Positions 29,090-38,814 of a stretch of DNA of 64,000 nt are shown one piece after another. This DNA comes from Cyanobacteria bacterium P01_D01_bin.156. GTDB lineage: Bacteria; Cyanobacteriota; Cyanobacteriia; Phormidesmidales; Phormidesmidaceae. Numbering within the stretch: the first letter of the stretch is position 1; every line of letters begins with the position of its first letter. The stretch is from the NCBI GenBank assembly GCA_039024555.1, contig JBCCQQ010000007.1, positions 26,264-90,263 on the forward strand. Direction: 5' to 3'. The position numbers and the translations under genes are program-made. The notes under the pieces were generated by a model. That model was not told the origin of the DNA and ran no database searches. It was given only the letters and a program-made list of their open reading frames with translations.

Positions 29090-29570
29090 AGCAGTCATGA
29101 CCTGCGATGTATCTATTGCAATGCCATAGCTGCTGTTGAAGCCTTATGAATATAATTTGAGCATATTAGTTACTTAAGGCCAGCAGTAGCTAAAAAAACG
29201 CTGTTGCTGATTTAGAGGATGAAACGCTCTGCAGAATTTGCCAGTTACCTGGATTTAACAGCTCAACATCATCCCGAGGATCAGTAGCGCCAAAAAAACA
29301 TTTGTTACGTGGCTAGATCTTGTTGCCCAAAAAACTGACGCTTTTCCCTTTATTCGGTCCTGAGTTACTAATTTTGCATCAGATGTAACATCTAATCAGC
29401 AAACTGAGTGCGAGCTTGATTTACTAGTAACATAGGAGCAGGGACAGCCTTTAATATCATTACCATCTTTATAACGGCGATGTTTTTTAACTTCGCTCCA
29501 GTTTAGTTAATCAAAATCGTTCAAGAGAGCAGCAACGATTAGCGTTAATACAAGCATTAGGAATACCAAC

Positions 29571-30788
29571 ATGGCATTAGTATTCTCAGTCACAAAATTC
29601 TCTCTATTTAGCTTGGTCACTGCGTCTGTTCTATTTCCATTAGAAGCCTCAGCAGCATCCCTCAGTCGCACAGACGTCTTTAGCAAACTCTACGTTTTTG
29701 GCGATAGTCTGTCCGATGCTGGCAATGTCTTCAATGCGACTACAGCCGTTAGTGAGCTACCACTGCCTCCAGGAGTGCCTGTTCCGCCGATTCTTCCCCC
29801 TGATCCACCGTACTTTCAGGGGCGTAATTCCAATGGTCCTGTTTGGGTGGAGTATCTTGCCGATGAACTGAATCTATCGCTAACCAACTCCACTGAGCTA
29901 TCTACTGTCTTTCCAGGCGTACCTGTTTTCTCACCTATTACCGTCTCAACAGCTGGACCAAGTGTTAGTCCTTTTTTCAATGGTGTGTTATCCACAACAG
30001 GGGTTAATTTTGCTTTTGGTGGCGCTCAAACAGGCTTTCAAGGCTCTACTGACTTTGGTGAGCTGATTCCCGGTGTATTGACTCAAGTGGGCTGGTTTTC
30101 CAGTGATCTAAACCTTGCAAGCACCACAGCCGATCCGGATGCCCTTTATGTTGTTTGGGCTGGGGCTAATGACTACTGGGGAGCAGATCCAGGAGAAGAT
30201 ACAACTCTTTTAAGTACGACGGCGATCAATAATTTAACTGCAGCATTGGGGCAGCTGTACGACACGGGTGCTCGCAATTTTCTGGTGCCTAATTTACCCG
30301 ATCTCGGCCTCACTCCCCGAGGCCAAATTTCTAGCTCAGAAAATCAGCGGCTGACTAACGTATCCCTTAGCCATAACAGTCTTTTAACCACAGCTCTTGA
30401 TAGTCTCAGCTTGCTGCCCGATGCTGAAATATTCTCACTGGATGCTTTTTCCCTATTCAACCAGGCCCTGACAAGTCCAGCTGACTTTGATTATGACAAT
30501 GTGAGCGATGGGTGTTTGCTAGTGCCCACATGTTTGGGTAACCCTGCTGTGCAAGACAGCTTTTTGTTTTGGGACGATCGTCATCCAACAACATCGGCCC
30601 ATGAGGAGATAGCAAACTTCGCCTTTGCAGCAGTTCCTGCCCCCACTAGCGTGCCAGAGCCTGCTAACACATCTGTTTTAGGAATACTGGGAGGTGCAGC
30701 CTTACTGCTGCGTCAGACTTTGAAACGACTGTCCCAAGGAAAAGCATTGCTGCCTCATCACAAAAAGCCCCGTAGCACTTGTAGTTAA
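29571..30788 (+). CDS. GDSL/SGNH hydrolase with PEP-CTERM sorting signal
   Basis: Signal peptide, FGDSLSD, NFAFGGA, WAGAND, FWDDRHPT, and C-terminal VPEP + hydrophobic stretch + basic tail. Confidence 0.9.
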   Translation: MALVFSVTKFSLFSLVTASVLFPLEASAASLSRTDVFSKLYVFGDSLSDAGNVFNATTAVSELPLPPGVPVPPILPPDPPYFQGRNSNGPVWVEYLADELNLSLTNSTELSTVFPGVPVFSPITVSTAGPSVSPFFNGVLSTTGVNFAFGGAQTGFQGSTDFGELIPGVLTQVGWFSSDLNLASTTADPDALYVVWAGANDYWGADPGEDTTLLSTTAINNLTAALGQLYDTGARNFLVPNLPDLGLTPRGQISSSENQRLTNVSLSHNSLLTTALDSLSLLPDAEIFSLDAFSLFNQALTSPADFDYDNVSDGCLLVPTCLGNPAVQDSFLFWDDRHPTTSAHEEIANFAFAAVPAPTSVPEPANTSVLGILGGAALLLRQTLKRLSQGKALLPHHKKPRSTCS

Positions 30789-30800
30789 TCATTTACCAGC

Positions 30801-30843
30801 GAGCAGGTGTATTCTGCGCAGATAGCCCACACTACACCTGCTC
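30801..30843. terminator. Hairpin between convergent genes (11-bp perfect stem)
   Basis: GAGCAGGTGTA ... TACACCTGCTC. Confidence 0.5.
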
Positions 30844-30869
30844 TTCAAACGTAGCCCAATATCAGAGCT

Positions 30870-31496
30870 CTAATCGTCAAAGCCAGTCTCCTTGAGGATT
30901 TTCTCTATTTTGGCTCGATGGGCAGCCTGCCAAGACTCTAGGGACTGAGTTTTCTCTTTCTCGGCACACTGTTGGGCCAGCTCCCAAATAGCCCCTTGCC
31001 GCTCTGATGGAATTACAGCAATCCCTTCTTCGTCGGCGACAACAATATCCCCTGCTGCTACTTGAACACCGCCACAAATAATGGGGGTCTGTAGTGTTCC
31101 TATGCCTTTCTTTTTGCCTGGAATTGGCATTGCTCCTCGAGCAAAGACAGGAAACTGCAGTTCTCGCACTTCCGCCACATCGCGAATCACCCCATCAATA
31201 ATAAATCCAGCAATTCCCCGCGCCTGAGCCGTGGCACACACATTACCACCGGCCATGGCATAGTCTACATCCCCAGCCTTTAAGACAATAACCGAGCCAG
31301 GAACTGCTCGATAAATAGCCGCATGAAACATGAGATTATCCCGTGGTCCACAGCTAACGGGATAGGCGGGTCCGGCAATCCGGGGAATACGGGACCACAT
31401 TTCCCGGATGCCCATATCCATAAACTGTTCTCGACCAAGACCGGCATCGGCATAGGTTGTCGGGGAGAATTCGTGAAAGTCTGAAGGTGAGGGCAT
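30870..31496 (-). CDS. RraA/HMG-aldolase family protein
   Basis: RIAGPAYPV...DN...A..GGN...RGIAGFIIDGVIRDV...GDIVVADEEG. Confidence 0.88.
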   Translation of the reverse strand: MPSPSDFHEFSPTTYADAGLGREQFMDMGIREMWSRIPRIAGPAYPVSCGPRDNLMFHAAIYRAVPGSVIVLKAGDVDYAMAGGNVCATAQARGIAGFIIDGVIRDVAEVRELQFPVFARGAMPIPGKKKGIGTLQTPIICGGVQVAAGDIVVADEEGIAVIPSERQGAIWELAQQCAEKEKTQSLESWQAAHRAKIEKILKETGFDD

Positions 31497-31639
31497 GGGC
31501 GTTAGTAAAGATTAGACTGATTCCATAGTCTCCACTACATTACCGCGATGATTGAGCGCGCCGTTGTTTCATCGCGCCGTTGCTTCATCACGCTGTTGAT
31601 TGAACACGCTAAAGTGAAGGAGCTGTACAACCGTCTTCC

Positions 31640-33151
31640 ATGCAAGAAATTTGGTGGATCTTGATGTTTCGCCTGAGGACACAGCTAGCCTTACTGCAGC
31701 TAGCTGCGGTAGAGCCCTACGGCAGTATCGCCTATGAGTATGAGAAGAATTCCTACCCCCTAGCCATGGCAGATATGCTGTGGGGGCAACAGTCAGCGGC
31801 TCTGGATTTTTTACAACAGATAGACCCCCAAGCGAGGGAAACCCAGGGGATAGATCTGCTGTCAGGATTTACCCTCAAGGGTCAAATTCGCAAGTATTTT
31901 TACTTTGGTGACCAGTTAGATTCAGCCTATCGTCAGCGTATGTGGGAGGCGATGCATGAGTTTACTCGCAGAGATCCGCTTACCCGTACGGCCAACCCAC
32001 CCCGTAAGTTTTGGTCTCGTTCCAAGGATGATTGCCAGACTCCGGTGGACTGTCGTAATACGGATAATCTTCGGGCCATGCGGGATACATCGGTGTATCT
32101 GATGGCGGAGGAAACCGGTAATGAGATCACACGGTTAGTCTATAAGCAACGGCTAGAACGTTACGTTTCTACGCTGTTGGACATTGGCATGGGGGAATGG
32201 GACAGTCCGGTCTACCACGGATTTACAACCGCTGCTTATCTAAACCTGTACGACTTTGCAAAGGACCCTGAGGTCAAACAGCTAGCTCAAGATGCACTGG
32301 ACTGGCTGTATCGCTCAGCGGCGATCAAGTACTGGCGCGGCAGCTGGAATGGACCATCTAAGCGTACCTATGGGGAAAATGCAGCCCGGTTTTTCTGGCT
32401 TCATTTTGGGGATGGCCCTGCACCGACAGACATCGAGCGAGACTGGCTCTATGGAATTACCAGCGACTATCTGCCACCGGATGAGGTGGTTGCGATCGCA
32501 CAGCGTAAATTTGCTAAACCGGTTGAGTTACGGCGCACCCATCCCCACTACGAAAATTGGAAACCGGGACGCTACGGTCCGGCCTTTTATGAAACGATTT
32601 ATATGGGCCATAGCTACCAGCTCGGCAGTCTAGCAAAAGGTACCGGAGGCGATTGGAGTGGTTTTAGTCTGCGGGTGATGAATGATCGAGGCAGCACCGA
32701 TGGGCTGACGGTAACTGCTCAAAAGCCCCACACCGTTGCCCAGTATAAAAATCTACTAATCTGGCAAGGGGCAGAAACACCGATAATCACAGCGCCTGAT
32801 GGCTGCAGTACGGACACGACAACAGATAAAACATTTATGGCCTGCGATCTCACCTGGATAGCGATTCATCCCTTTGAGACTGGCTTTGCTATAGAAATTG
32901 GAGAGTTTCAAAGTCACGGCAGCCTTGATAATTTTACGCAAGCGGTTAATACTCACTCTCGGCTAACGGTGACAGAAGACCAGATTGAGTATAGGGGAAG
33001 TCGAAGAGAAACTGTTGCAATTTCATCTAATTCTCAGGGTACAGGGTTACCCCAGGTATGGCGCAACGGTGAGCTACATAAATGGCAAACCCACCATCAG
33101 GAAACAGAATTCTCATTGCAAAAACTTTCTCCCAGCCTGTTGTCTCCTTAG
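31640..33151 (+). CDS. Conserved hypothetical protein (predicted alpha-helical N-half, beta-rich C-half)
   Basis: Long 503-aa ORF with normal composition and motif-like segments (GMGEWDS, NLYDFAKDP, GPSKRTYG). No function recognised. Confidence 0.7.
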   Translation: MQEIWWILMFRLRTQLALLQLAAVEPYGSIAYEYEKNSYPLAMADMLWGQQSAALDFLQQIDPQARETQGIDLLSGFTLKGQIRKYFYFGDQLDSAYRQRMWEAMHEFTRRDPLTRTANPPRKFWSRSKDDCQTPVDCRNTDNLRAMRDTSVYLMAEETGNEITRLVYKQRLERYVSTLLDIGMGEWDSPVYHGFTTAAYLNLYDFAKDPEVKQLAQDALDWLYRSAAIKYWRGSWNGPSKRTYGENAARFFWLHFGDGPAPTDIERDWLYGITSDYLPPDEVVAIAQRKFAKPVELRRTHPHYENWKPGRYGPAFYETIYMGHSYQLGSLAKGTGGDWSGFSLRVMNDRGSTDGLTVTAQKPHTVAQYKNLLIWQGAETPIITAPDGCSTDTTTDKTFMACDLTWIAIHPFETGFAIEIGEFQSHGSLDNFTQAVNTHSRLTVTEDQIEYRGSRRETVAISSNSQGTGLPQVWRNGELHKWQTHHQETEFSLQKLSPSLLSP

Positions 33152-33191
33152 GCTAAATAAATGTCTTTTGGACGCATCTGTAGTGCTTAAT

Positions 33192-33749
33192 TTAATTCAG
33201 TAATTTGCGAGCGAGCAGCCAAACTTCGCATCTACCCAGATGCGGATCATCGGGCTGCAGTTGGTGCATCGTGTTGCGAATGGCAAACGCTGTATCACAA
33301 TCGTCAATCAAGCCAAAACTGTTAACATTCGATGGATGAAATGCGTCAGGAATTGAACCACAGTTGGTTAGTGTACTGTTACCAAAGTAGGCATCCATAA
33401 TGTCGTAACCACAGGCGGTAAAGCCTGGAGGCACTTTATGGATAACAGATGGGCATTCCATGACAGCAAGTACCTGATGTTTTGCTGGGTCCAGTGGTTG
33501 GCGTGTGAGCAGATAGTCAAGATTATGAAATAACCCTGTACGAAAGTCTTGGTGTATATTGTGCTGCCAGTCTTCGGACCGTAGTTCAGTGACGAGATCA
33601 GGACACATCATGGAATCTAGGGTGATTAGTTCTGTGATGTGGATAAAGCCAGAAAAGGCTTGGTAGCTTTCAAAGCGTCCTTTCTGATCCGCTGTTAAAC
33701 GCTCGCGAAGGGTATAGAGCCAATTGTGCGCGAGTTCCGGACTTACCAT
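33192..33749 (-). CDS. Hypothetical protein (Cys-containing, LDSMMCP / STLTNCG motifs)
   Basis: 185-aa ORF. Its ATG overlaps the GNAT stop (ATGGTAA), which suggests co-translation. Confidence 0.7.
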   Translation of the reverse strand: MVSPELAHNWLYTLRERLTADQKGRFESYQAFSGFIHITELITLDSMMCPDLVTELRSEDWQHNIHQDFRTGLFHNLDYLLTRQPLDPAKHQVLAVMECPSVIHKVPPGFTACGYDIMDAYFGNSTLTNCGSIPDAFHPSNVNSFGLIDDCDTAFAIRNTMHQLQPDDPHLGRCEVWLLARKLLN

Positions 33750-34270
33750 AGCGCTGGATCGGATAAAGATTGGACACAGGCTATTTGGGTCAGAGGTTGT
33801 TTAATACTGCGTTCGCTAAGGATTATAGCCTGCCACCCAAAGGGATACTCTAGCTTGTAGGGTGGAATATAGCTTTCAGCAGCATCGGCATTAAAGCCAA
33901 ATCTACCGTAGTAATTAGGGTCACCATAAACAAAAAGAATATCCACATCCACGATCGACAGCTGTTCCATGCCGGTTTCGATTAGCTGCGAACCAATGCG
34001 ACGTTTTTGGTATTCGGGTTTAACAGCAAGGGGGGCCAGAATATAGCCTTTGCTATCACTGCTATCAAGAGTGACAGGACTAAAAGCCATGTGACCGACC
34101 ACATTATCCTCACTTTCAGCCACCAAAGAGATGACTGAAGGCGTTGTTTTTTCTAACAGCAGGTTGATTGCCAGTTTGGCAACAACCTCTCGTTCACTCT
34201 CAGGAAAAGCAGACCAATGAACATTGTGAATATTGTCTTGATCACGATGTGTTGCTACTCGTATATGCAT
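33743..34270 (-). CDS. GNAT N-acetyltransferase (YhbS-like)
   Basis: VGHMAFSPV, LAPLAVKPEYQKRRIGSQLI (acetyl-CoA motif A), VYGDPNYYGRFGF. Confidence 0.92.
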   Translation of the reverse strand: MHIRVATHRDQDNIHNVHWSAFPESEREVVAKLAINLLLEKTTPSVISLVAESEDNVVGHMAFSPVTLDSSDSKGYILAPLAVKPEYQKRRIGSQLIETGMEQLSIVDVDILFVYGDPNYYGRFGFNADAAESYIPPYKLEYPFGWQAIILSERSIKQPLTQIACVQSLSDPALW

Positions 34271-34699
34271 GATTGACTCCTTTATGAAAGCTGAGAGGCA
34301 ATAAGGGCTTGTTAAAAATTAGAATCATGGCCTTGTGCATTTAAATCATGACTTAACAAGCTTTTCAGGCTTAAACCGTGAAGTAGTTTCTTAACAGCTC
34401 ATAAGAGTAAGTTAATACCTGGTAGATACTTTTTGTTTCTCTGATTGCATAGTGTTAGCTATCTTATAAACACAATATGGCTATGCTAGGTCACCCAGCA
34501 CAATCTTATCTGATTCTGAAAGGGGCCAAACGGATATTGCCTGCGACAAGTTGTGGAGTAATCGAGTAGTTTATTGTCCCCTCCGGCGCATTGATACAGC
34601 TTTGGGACATATGTCCTATTCAATTTAGGAAGTTTGGTACAAGCGCTGATCGGGGCAGATTGCATAGGATAAACATGTTCCAAACAAGGGAACATATTT

Positions 34700-35137
34700 A
34701 TGACTAATCGGAGCATTCTTATGCAATTTCGACTCACACGCAAACAAATCATCAACGCATTTTTACTAGTCGCTTTAGGAATCGGAAGTCTCAGCATTCA
34801 GCCCGCTGCTGCTCAGGTTAGCCGGAGCGCCTTTCGAGAAACAGCAGAAGAACTCGGTTTAAGCCGTTCGCAAATGCGAGAGGTAGGCGGTATCATGCGA
34901 AGTTTGAATTCTGAAGTTGAGGATATTCTCACGACTGAGCAGTTCGAGTTGATAAAAGCTGCCCGTGAGGAACAAAATCAGGATCCTCAGGCGCTACAGG
35001 AGGACCTCAATTTAACCGATTCCCAGGCGGAACAGCTAGCCTTAGCACGCCGAGAAACAGTTGTTGAGCTTCGCCAAGTACTCACTCCCACTCAACTTCA
35101 AGGGATTATGGACATGGCTGGGTTTACCCAGTTCTAA
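34700..35137 (+). CDS. Exported Spy/CpxP-like (LTxxQ motif) helical protein
   Basis: Signal peptide ending AAA-Q. Repeated L.LS..Q, ILTTEQ, LNLTDSQ and VLTPTQ motifs. Confidence 0.7.
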   Translation: MTNRSILMQFRLTRKQIINAFLLVALGIGSLSIQPAAAQVSRSAFRETAEELGLSRSQMREVGGIMRSLNSEVEDILTTEQFELIKAAREEQNQDPQALQEDLNLTDSQAEQLALARRETVVELRQVLTPTQLQGIMDMAGFTQF

Positions 35138-35172
35138 AGAAGATTTCATTGTGTTAAGGACACCTCCACACC

Positions 35173-35217
35173 AAAACTCCTCTTAATCTGATTTAAGAGG
35201 CTAAGAGGAGTTTTTTT
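35173..35217 (+). terminator. Intrinsic terminator after the LTxxQ gene
   Basis: AAAACTCCTCTTA ... TAAGAGGAGTTTTTTT (13-bp stem followed by a U-tract). Confidence 0.65.
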
Positions 35218-35234
35218 CCATATTCGGTATTACG

Positions 35235-36587
35235 ATGAATAATCATCCTGGTGCTAGTAGGACACTAGCGATCTCAACTGAAAAATCGATTGCACCTAAA
35301 CCACAGAAAAAAGCGAACCGTCATTGGCCTTGGTTTGTAGGCATACTGAGTCTAATTTTGTTCCTGGGACTAGGGGTCGCTCGTCGCTCATCTGCGCCTC
35401 GTAACTCTGAGTCTCTGGAAGCATTGACGGTCCCAGTAACCCGTGAACCTTTGGCTATTCGGGTTGAGGGCAGCGGCACTGTAATCTCGAAAGATACTGT
35501 TAACCTTAGCCCAAAAACAACCGGCCGTTTGGCCGAGCTCAATGTCCAGCAAGGCGATCGAGTTGAGACAGGTCAGGTGGTTGCACGTATGGAAGTGGGC
35601 AGCTTGGCGGCTGAGCTACAGCAGCGAGAAGCAAATCTGGACCAAGCTGAGGCCGATTATGCCAGAATTTTAGCAGGCAATCGCGAAGAGGATATTCTCC
35701 AGGCTGAAGCGCGTTTGGTGGCGGCCCAATCCCAAGCAGATTTGACAACAGCGCGCCTTGTAAGGTTTGAAGATTTAGCCCAACAGGGAGCAATTTCTCA
35801 GGATGAGCTAGATCAGTATGTGAATGAAGCCCAAAATGCAGCAGCAAATTTTGATGAAGTGCAGCAACAGTTACAAGCAACCACCAATGGCTCGCGCCCT
35901 GAAGAGATTGCAGCGGCAGCAGCCAATGTAGCAGCGGCACAGGCACAGATCAAAGTCATTGAAACCGAACTATCGGAGGCCAACATCCGCGCTCCTTTTG
36001 ATGGGTATGTTACCCAAACCTATGCCACCATTGGGGCAATTGTGACGCCTACGACAACTGCTTCGGCGACAGCTTCCGCTACATCTAGTTCTATTTTGGC
36101 ACTGTCTTCGGGGCTGGAAGTTGAAGTAGATATTTTAGAAGCTAACATTGGCCAGATTGAGGTGGGTCAAATGGTTGAGATTGTGGCAGAAGCATTTCCT
36201 AACCAGGTCTACACAGGTCGGGTGCAGCGAATTGCCCCAGAAGCCATCATTGAGAATAACGTCACCACATTTCAGGTTGTGGTCGAACTATTGACCGGAG
36301 CTGACCAACTAAAGTCAGGGATGACAGTGGATGCTATTTTCCTGGGTGAGACGTTAGCCAATGCTTTGATGGTGCCGACTGTTGCGATCGCAACCCAAGA
36401 TGGAGAGCTGGGTGTACAGAGGCCCGATAGCGAGGGAAATGTCACCTTTCAACCCGTAACTGTCGGCGTCACCCAGGCTGGGAACACCCAAATTGTTCAA
36501 GGATTGGAAATAGGCGATCAAATCTTTCTAGAACTTCCTCCAGAAACGAGACGTCGCCGTGGCGGATCTAGATCATTTCCGCCTTAG
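35235..36587 (+). CDS. Efflux membrane-fusion (periplasmic adaptor) protein, MacA/HlyD family
   Basis: N-terminal TM helix, GRLAELNVQQGDRVETGQ, coiled coil, IRAPFDG, LKSGMTV and VPTVAI. Confidence 0.9.
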   Translation: MNNHPGASRTLAISTEKSIAPKPQKKANRHWPWFVGILSLILFLGLGVARRSSAPRNSESLEALTVPVTREPLAIRVEGSGTVISKDTVNLSPKTTGRLAELNVQQGDRVETGQVVARMEVGSLAAELQQREANLDQAEADYARILAGNREEDILQAEARLVAAQSQADLTTARLVRFEDLAQQGAISQDELDQYVNEAQNAAANFDEVQQQLQATTNGSRPEEIAAAAANVAAAQAQIKVIETELSEANIRAPFDGYVTQTYATIGAIVTPTTTASATASATSSSILALSSGLEVEVDILEANIGQIEVGQMVEIVAEAFPNQVYTGRVQRIAPEAIIENNVTTFQVVVELLTGADQLKSGMTVDAIFLGETLANALMVPTVAIATQDGELGVQRPDSEGNVTFQPVTVGVTQAGNTQIVQGLEIGDQIFLELPPETRRRRGGSRSFPP

Positions 36588-36674
36588 AAAATCAAGTTTG
36601 CACAAATCACACTTTTTTGAAGCTACGCTAAGAAAGATTTATCAATACTACAAAACACCTAGCACACTTGACCC

Positions 36675-37904
36675 ATGGGATTCAATGTTTTTGAAAATGC
36701 CAAAATGGCCGTCAAAACCCTAGCGGCCAACAAAATGCAAAGTGGCCTCACTATGCTAGGAATTATCATTGGCAATGCATCTGTCATTGCTATGGTAGCT
36801 GCTGGAGAAGCCGCCCAAGAATTTGTCACTGCACAATTTGAATCCCTAGGAACTAATCTACTATTTATTACCCCTGGTGACGCTCAACGAGGGCCATTAT
36901 CTGGCGTGGCCCAGGCCGATACCCTCACATTAGCGGATGCTACAGCCATAAGCCAAGAAGTATCAACAGTCCGTGCTGTTGCACCTCAAAAGAGTACACG
37001 GTTACGTATTGTCCAGGGGGCTGCAGAGACCCAATCTAGTATTACAGGAACAACTCCAGACTATTCAGTTGTTCGAGATATCCAGATGGCTCAAGGCCAG
37101 TTCTTAACTTCGATTGATCTCCACACCAACGCTCGAGTGGCTGTTCTGGGTAGTGAAACCGCTCGCACATTGTTTGGCAGTCAAGAGCCGGTCGGACGTA
37201 AAATCCGCATTAATAACCTCAGCTTTACAGTAAACGGTGTTGTGAAAGAACGTGGTTCTTCATCTGGCCAAAATGAAGATGAGGCCGTTTATATTCCAAT
37301 TAATGTGATGGTGAGTCAGCTAACAGGTCAAGAAACCGGCAAAATCAGCCCAACGGTCCAGGTGATTTCAGTGTCTTTAAAAAGCCCGGATATGACCAAT
37401 GCAGCCATTTATCAAATTAGAAATTTATTACGTCTACGCCACAACATTTTGCAAGGGGACGACGACTTTTCCTTACAAAGTCAGCAGGAATTATTGGAGC
37501 GATCTAGCAGCATCACCGACATTCTAGTTCTTGTCCTAGGCTTTACTGCCGGTATCTCACTGTTGGTGGGGGGCATTGGCATTATGAACATCATGTTGGT
37601 ATCGGTGACAGAACGTACGGGAGAAATCGGTCTCCGCAAAGCCATCGGGGCTACTGGGGCAGATATTTTATCCCAGTTCACCATTGAAGCCGTCATCCTA
37701 GCAGCAACGGGCGGCATGATTGGCATTGGTGTAGGTCTAGTTGGTGTTGTCTGTCTGGCCTTATTTAGTCCTTTAGAAGCTGTGTTTAGCCTAAGTGCTG
37801 TTTTGGTTTCGTTTACCGTATCAGGCAGTATTGGCCTGATTTTTGGTATTGCCCCTGCGCAGAGAGCGGCGAATCTTGATCCGATTGTGGCTCTGCGGAG
37901 TTGA
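36675..37904 (+). CDS. ABC transporter permease, MacB/FtsX family
   Basis: LTMLGIIIGNASVIAM, SLGTN, GGIGIMNIMLVSVTERTGEIGLRKAIGA, PAQRAANLDPIVALR. Confidence 0.93.
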   Translation: MGFNVFENAKMAVKTLAANKMQSGLTMLGIIIGNASVIAMVAAGEAAQEFVTAQFESLGTNLLFITPGDAQRGPLSGVAQADTLTLADATAISQEVSTVRAVAPQKSTRLRIVQGAAETQSSITGTTPDYSVVRDIQMAQGQFLTSIDLHTNARVAVLGSETARTLFGSQEPVGRKIRINNLSFTVNGVVKERGSSSGQNEDEAVYIPINVMVSQLTGQETGKISPTVQVISVSLKSPDMTNAAIYQIRNLLRLRHNILQGDDDFSLQSQQELLERSSSITDILVLVLGFTAGISLLVGGIGIMNIMLVSVTERTGEIGLRKAIGATGADILSQFTIEAVILAATGGMIGIGVGLVGVVCLALFSPLEAVFSLSAVLVSFTVSGSIGLIFGIAPAQRAANLDPIVALRS

Positions 37905-38056
37905 TGCAATTTAATGGTCTGTCAAAGCTAATTATCTTAATTAAGACGGGGTAAAGGGAGCAGGGGTGGGTGGCAAGGGCATAGACCCTAATTTCTCCAA
38001 GTCATTAGGAATTGATACAGCTTCCTTTTACCATTCCCCTCTTACTCTGGCATACT

Positions 38057-38740
38057 ATGAGTCACCTTATTCAACTGCAAAATATCTCTAAAACCTATGG
38101 GATGGGAGACCTCCAGGTGTATGCCTTAAGGGCTGTTGACCTCACCATTGAGGCAGGAGACTATTGCGCCATTATGGGGCCTTCCGGCTCGGGCAAGTCA
38201 ACCATGATGAATATGATTGGCTGTCTTGATCGTCCCACCCAAGGAGACTATTGGTTAGATGGGGAGGAGATTGCCCACTTAGAGGCAAAGCAATTAGCTA
38301 GCATTCGCAATCGTAAAATTGGCTTTATTTTTCAACAGTTCCATTTACTACACCAGCTCACTGCAGTAGATAATGTTGTGTTACCTATGATTTATGCTGG
38401 GGTACCTGCTGGTGAACGAGAGTCTCGGGCTATTGCAGCGCTGCAGCGGGTAGGTCTGGGGGATAGGCTGGCTAATCGGCCTAATCAGCTGTCCGGTGGT
38501 CAGCAGCAGCGGGTAGCGATCGCACGGGCCATTGTCAATCAGCCTAAGTTACTCCTGGCCGATGAACCAACGGGTGCCTTAGATACTCAAATGAGCCAGG
38601 AAATTATGGATATCTTTGCGGAGCTAAATCATCAGGGGATGACCCTGGTGATGGTTACCCACGATCCGGAAGTGGCTCAACGCTGTCGACGGACCATCAC
38701 TTTTCGAGATGGCAGTATTCGGCAATGCGCACAATATTAG
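38057..38740 (+). CDS. ABC transporter ATP-binding protein (MacB/LolD type)
   Basis: Walker A GPSGSGKST, LSGGQQQRV, Walker B LLLADEPTG, VTHD. ATG 38057 preferred over TTG 38012. Confidence 0.95.
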   Translation: MSHLIQLQNISKTYGMGDLQVYALRAVDLTIEAGDYCAIMGPSGSGKSTMMNMIGCLDRPTQGDYWLDGEEIAHLEAKQLASIRNRKIGFIFQQFHLLHQLTAVDNVVLPMIYAGVPAGERESRAIAALQRVGLGDRLANRPNQLSGGQQQRVAIARAIVNQPKLLLADEPTGALDTQMSQEIMDIFAELNHQGMTLVMVTHDPEVAQRCRRTITFRDGSIRQCAQY

Positions 38741-38814
38741 TCAAAAATGGTTACAAGGCTCAAATGTCAGGTAATCTATCGCTAAATGAATATGGTTAGC
38801 AACCTCTAGAGAGC

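Noticed and set aside
34486-34797. 103-aa minus-strand ORF in the gap before the LTxxQ gene
   Set aside because: No motif, it overlaps the real gene antisense, and its composition is unlike neighbouring CDSs.
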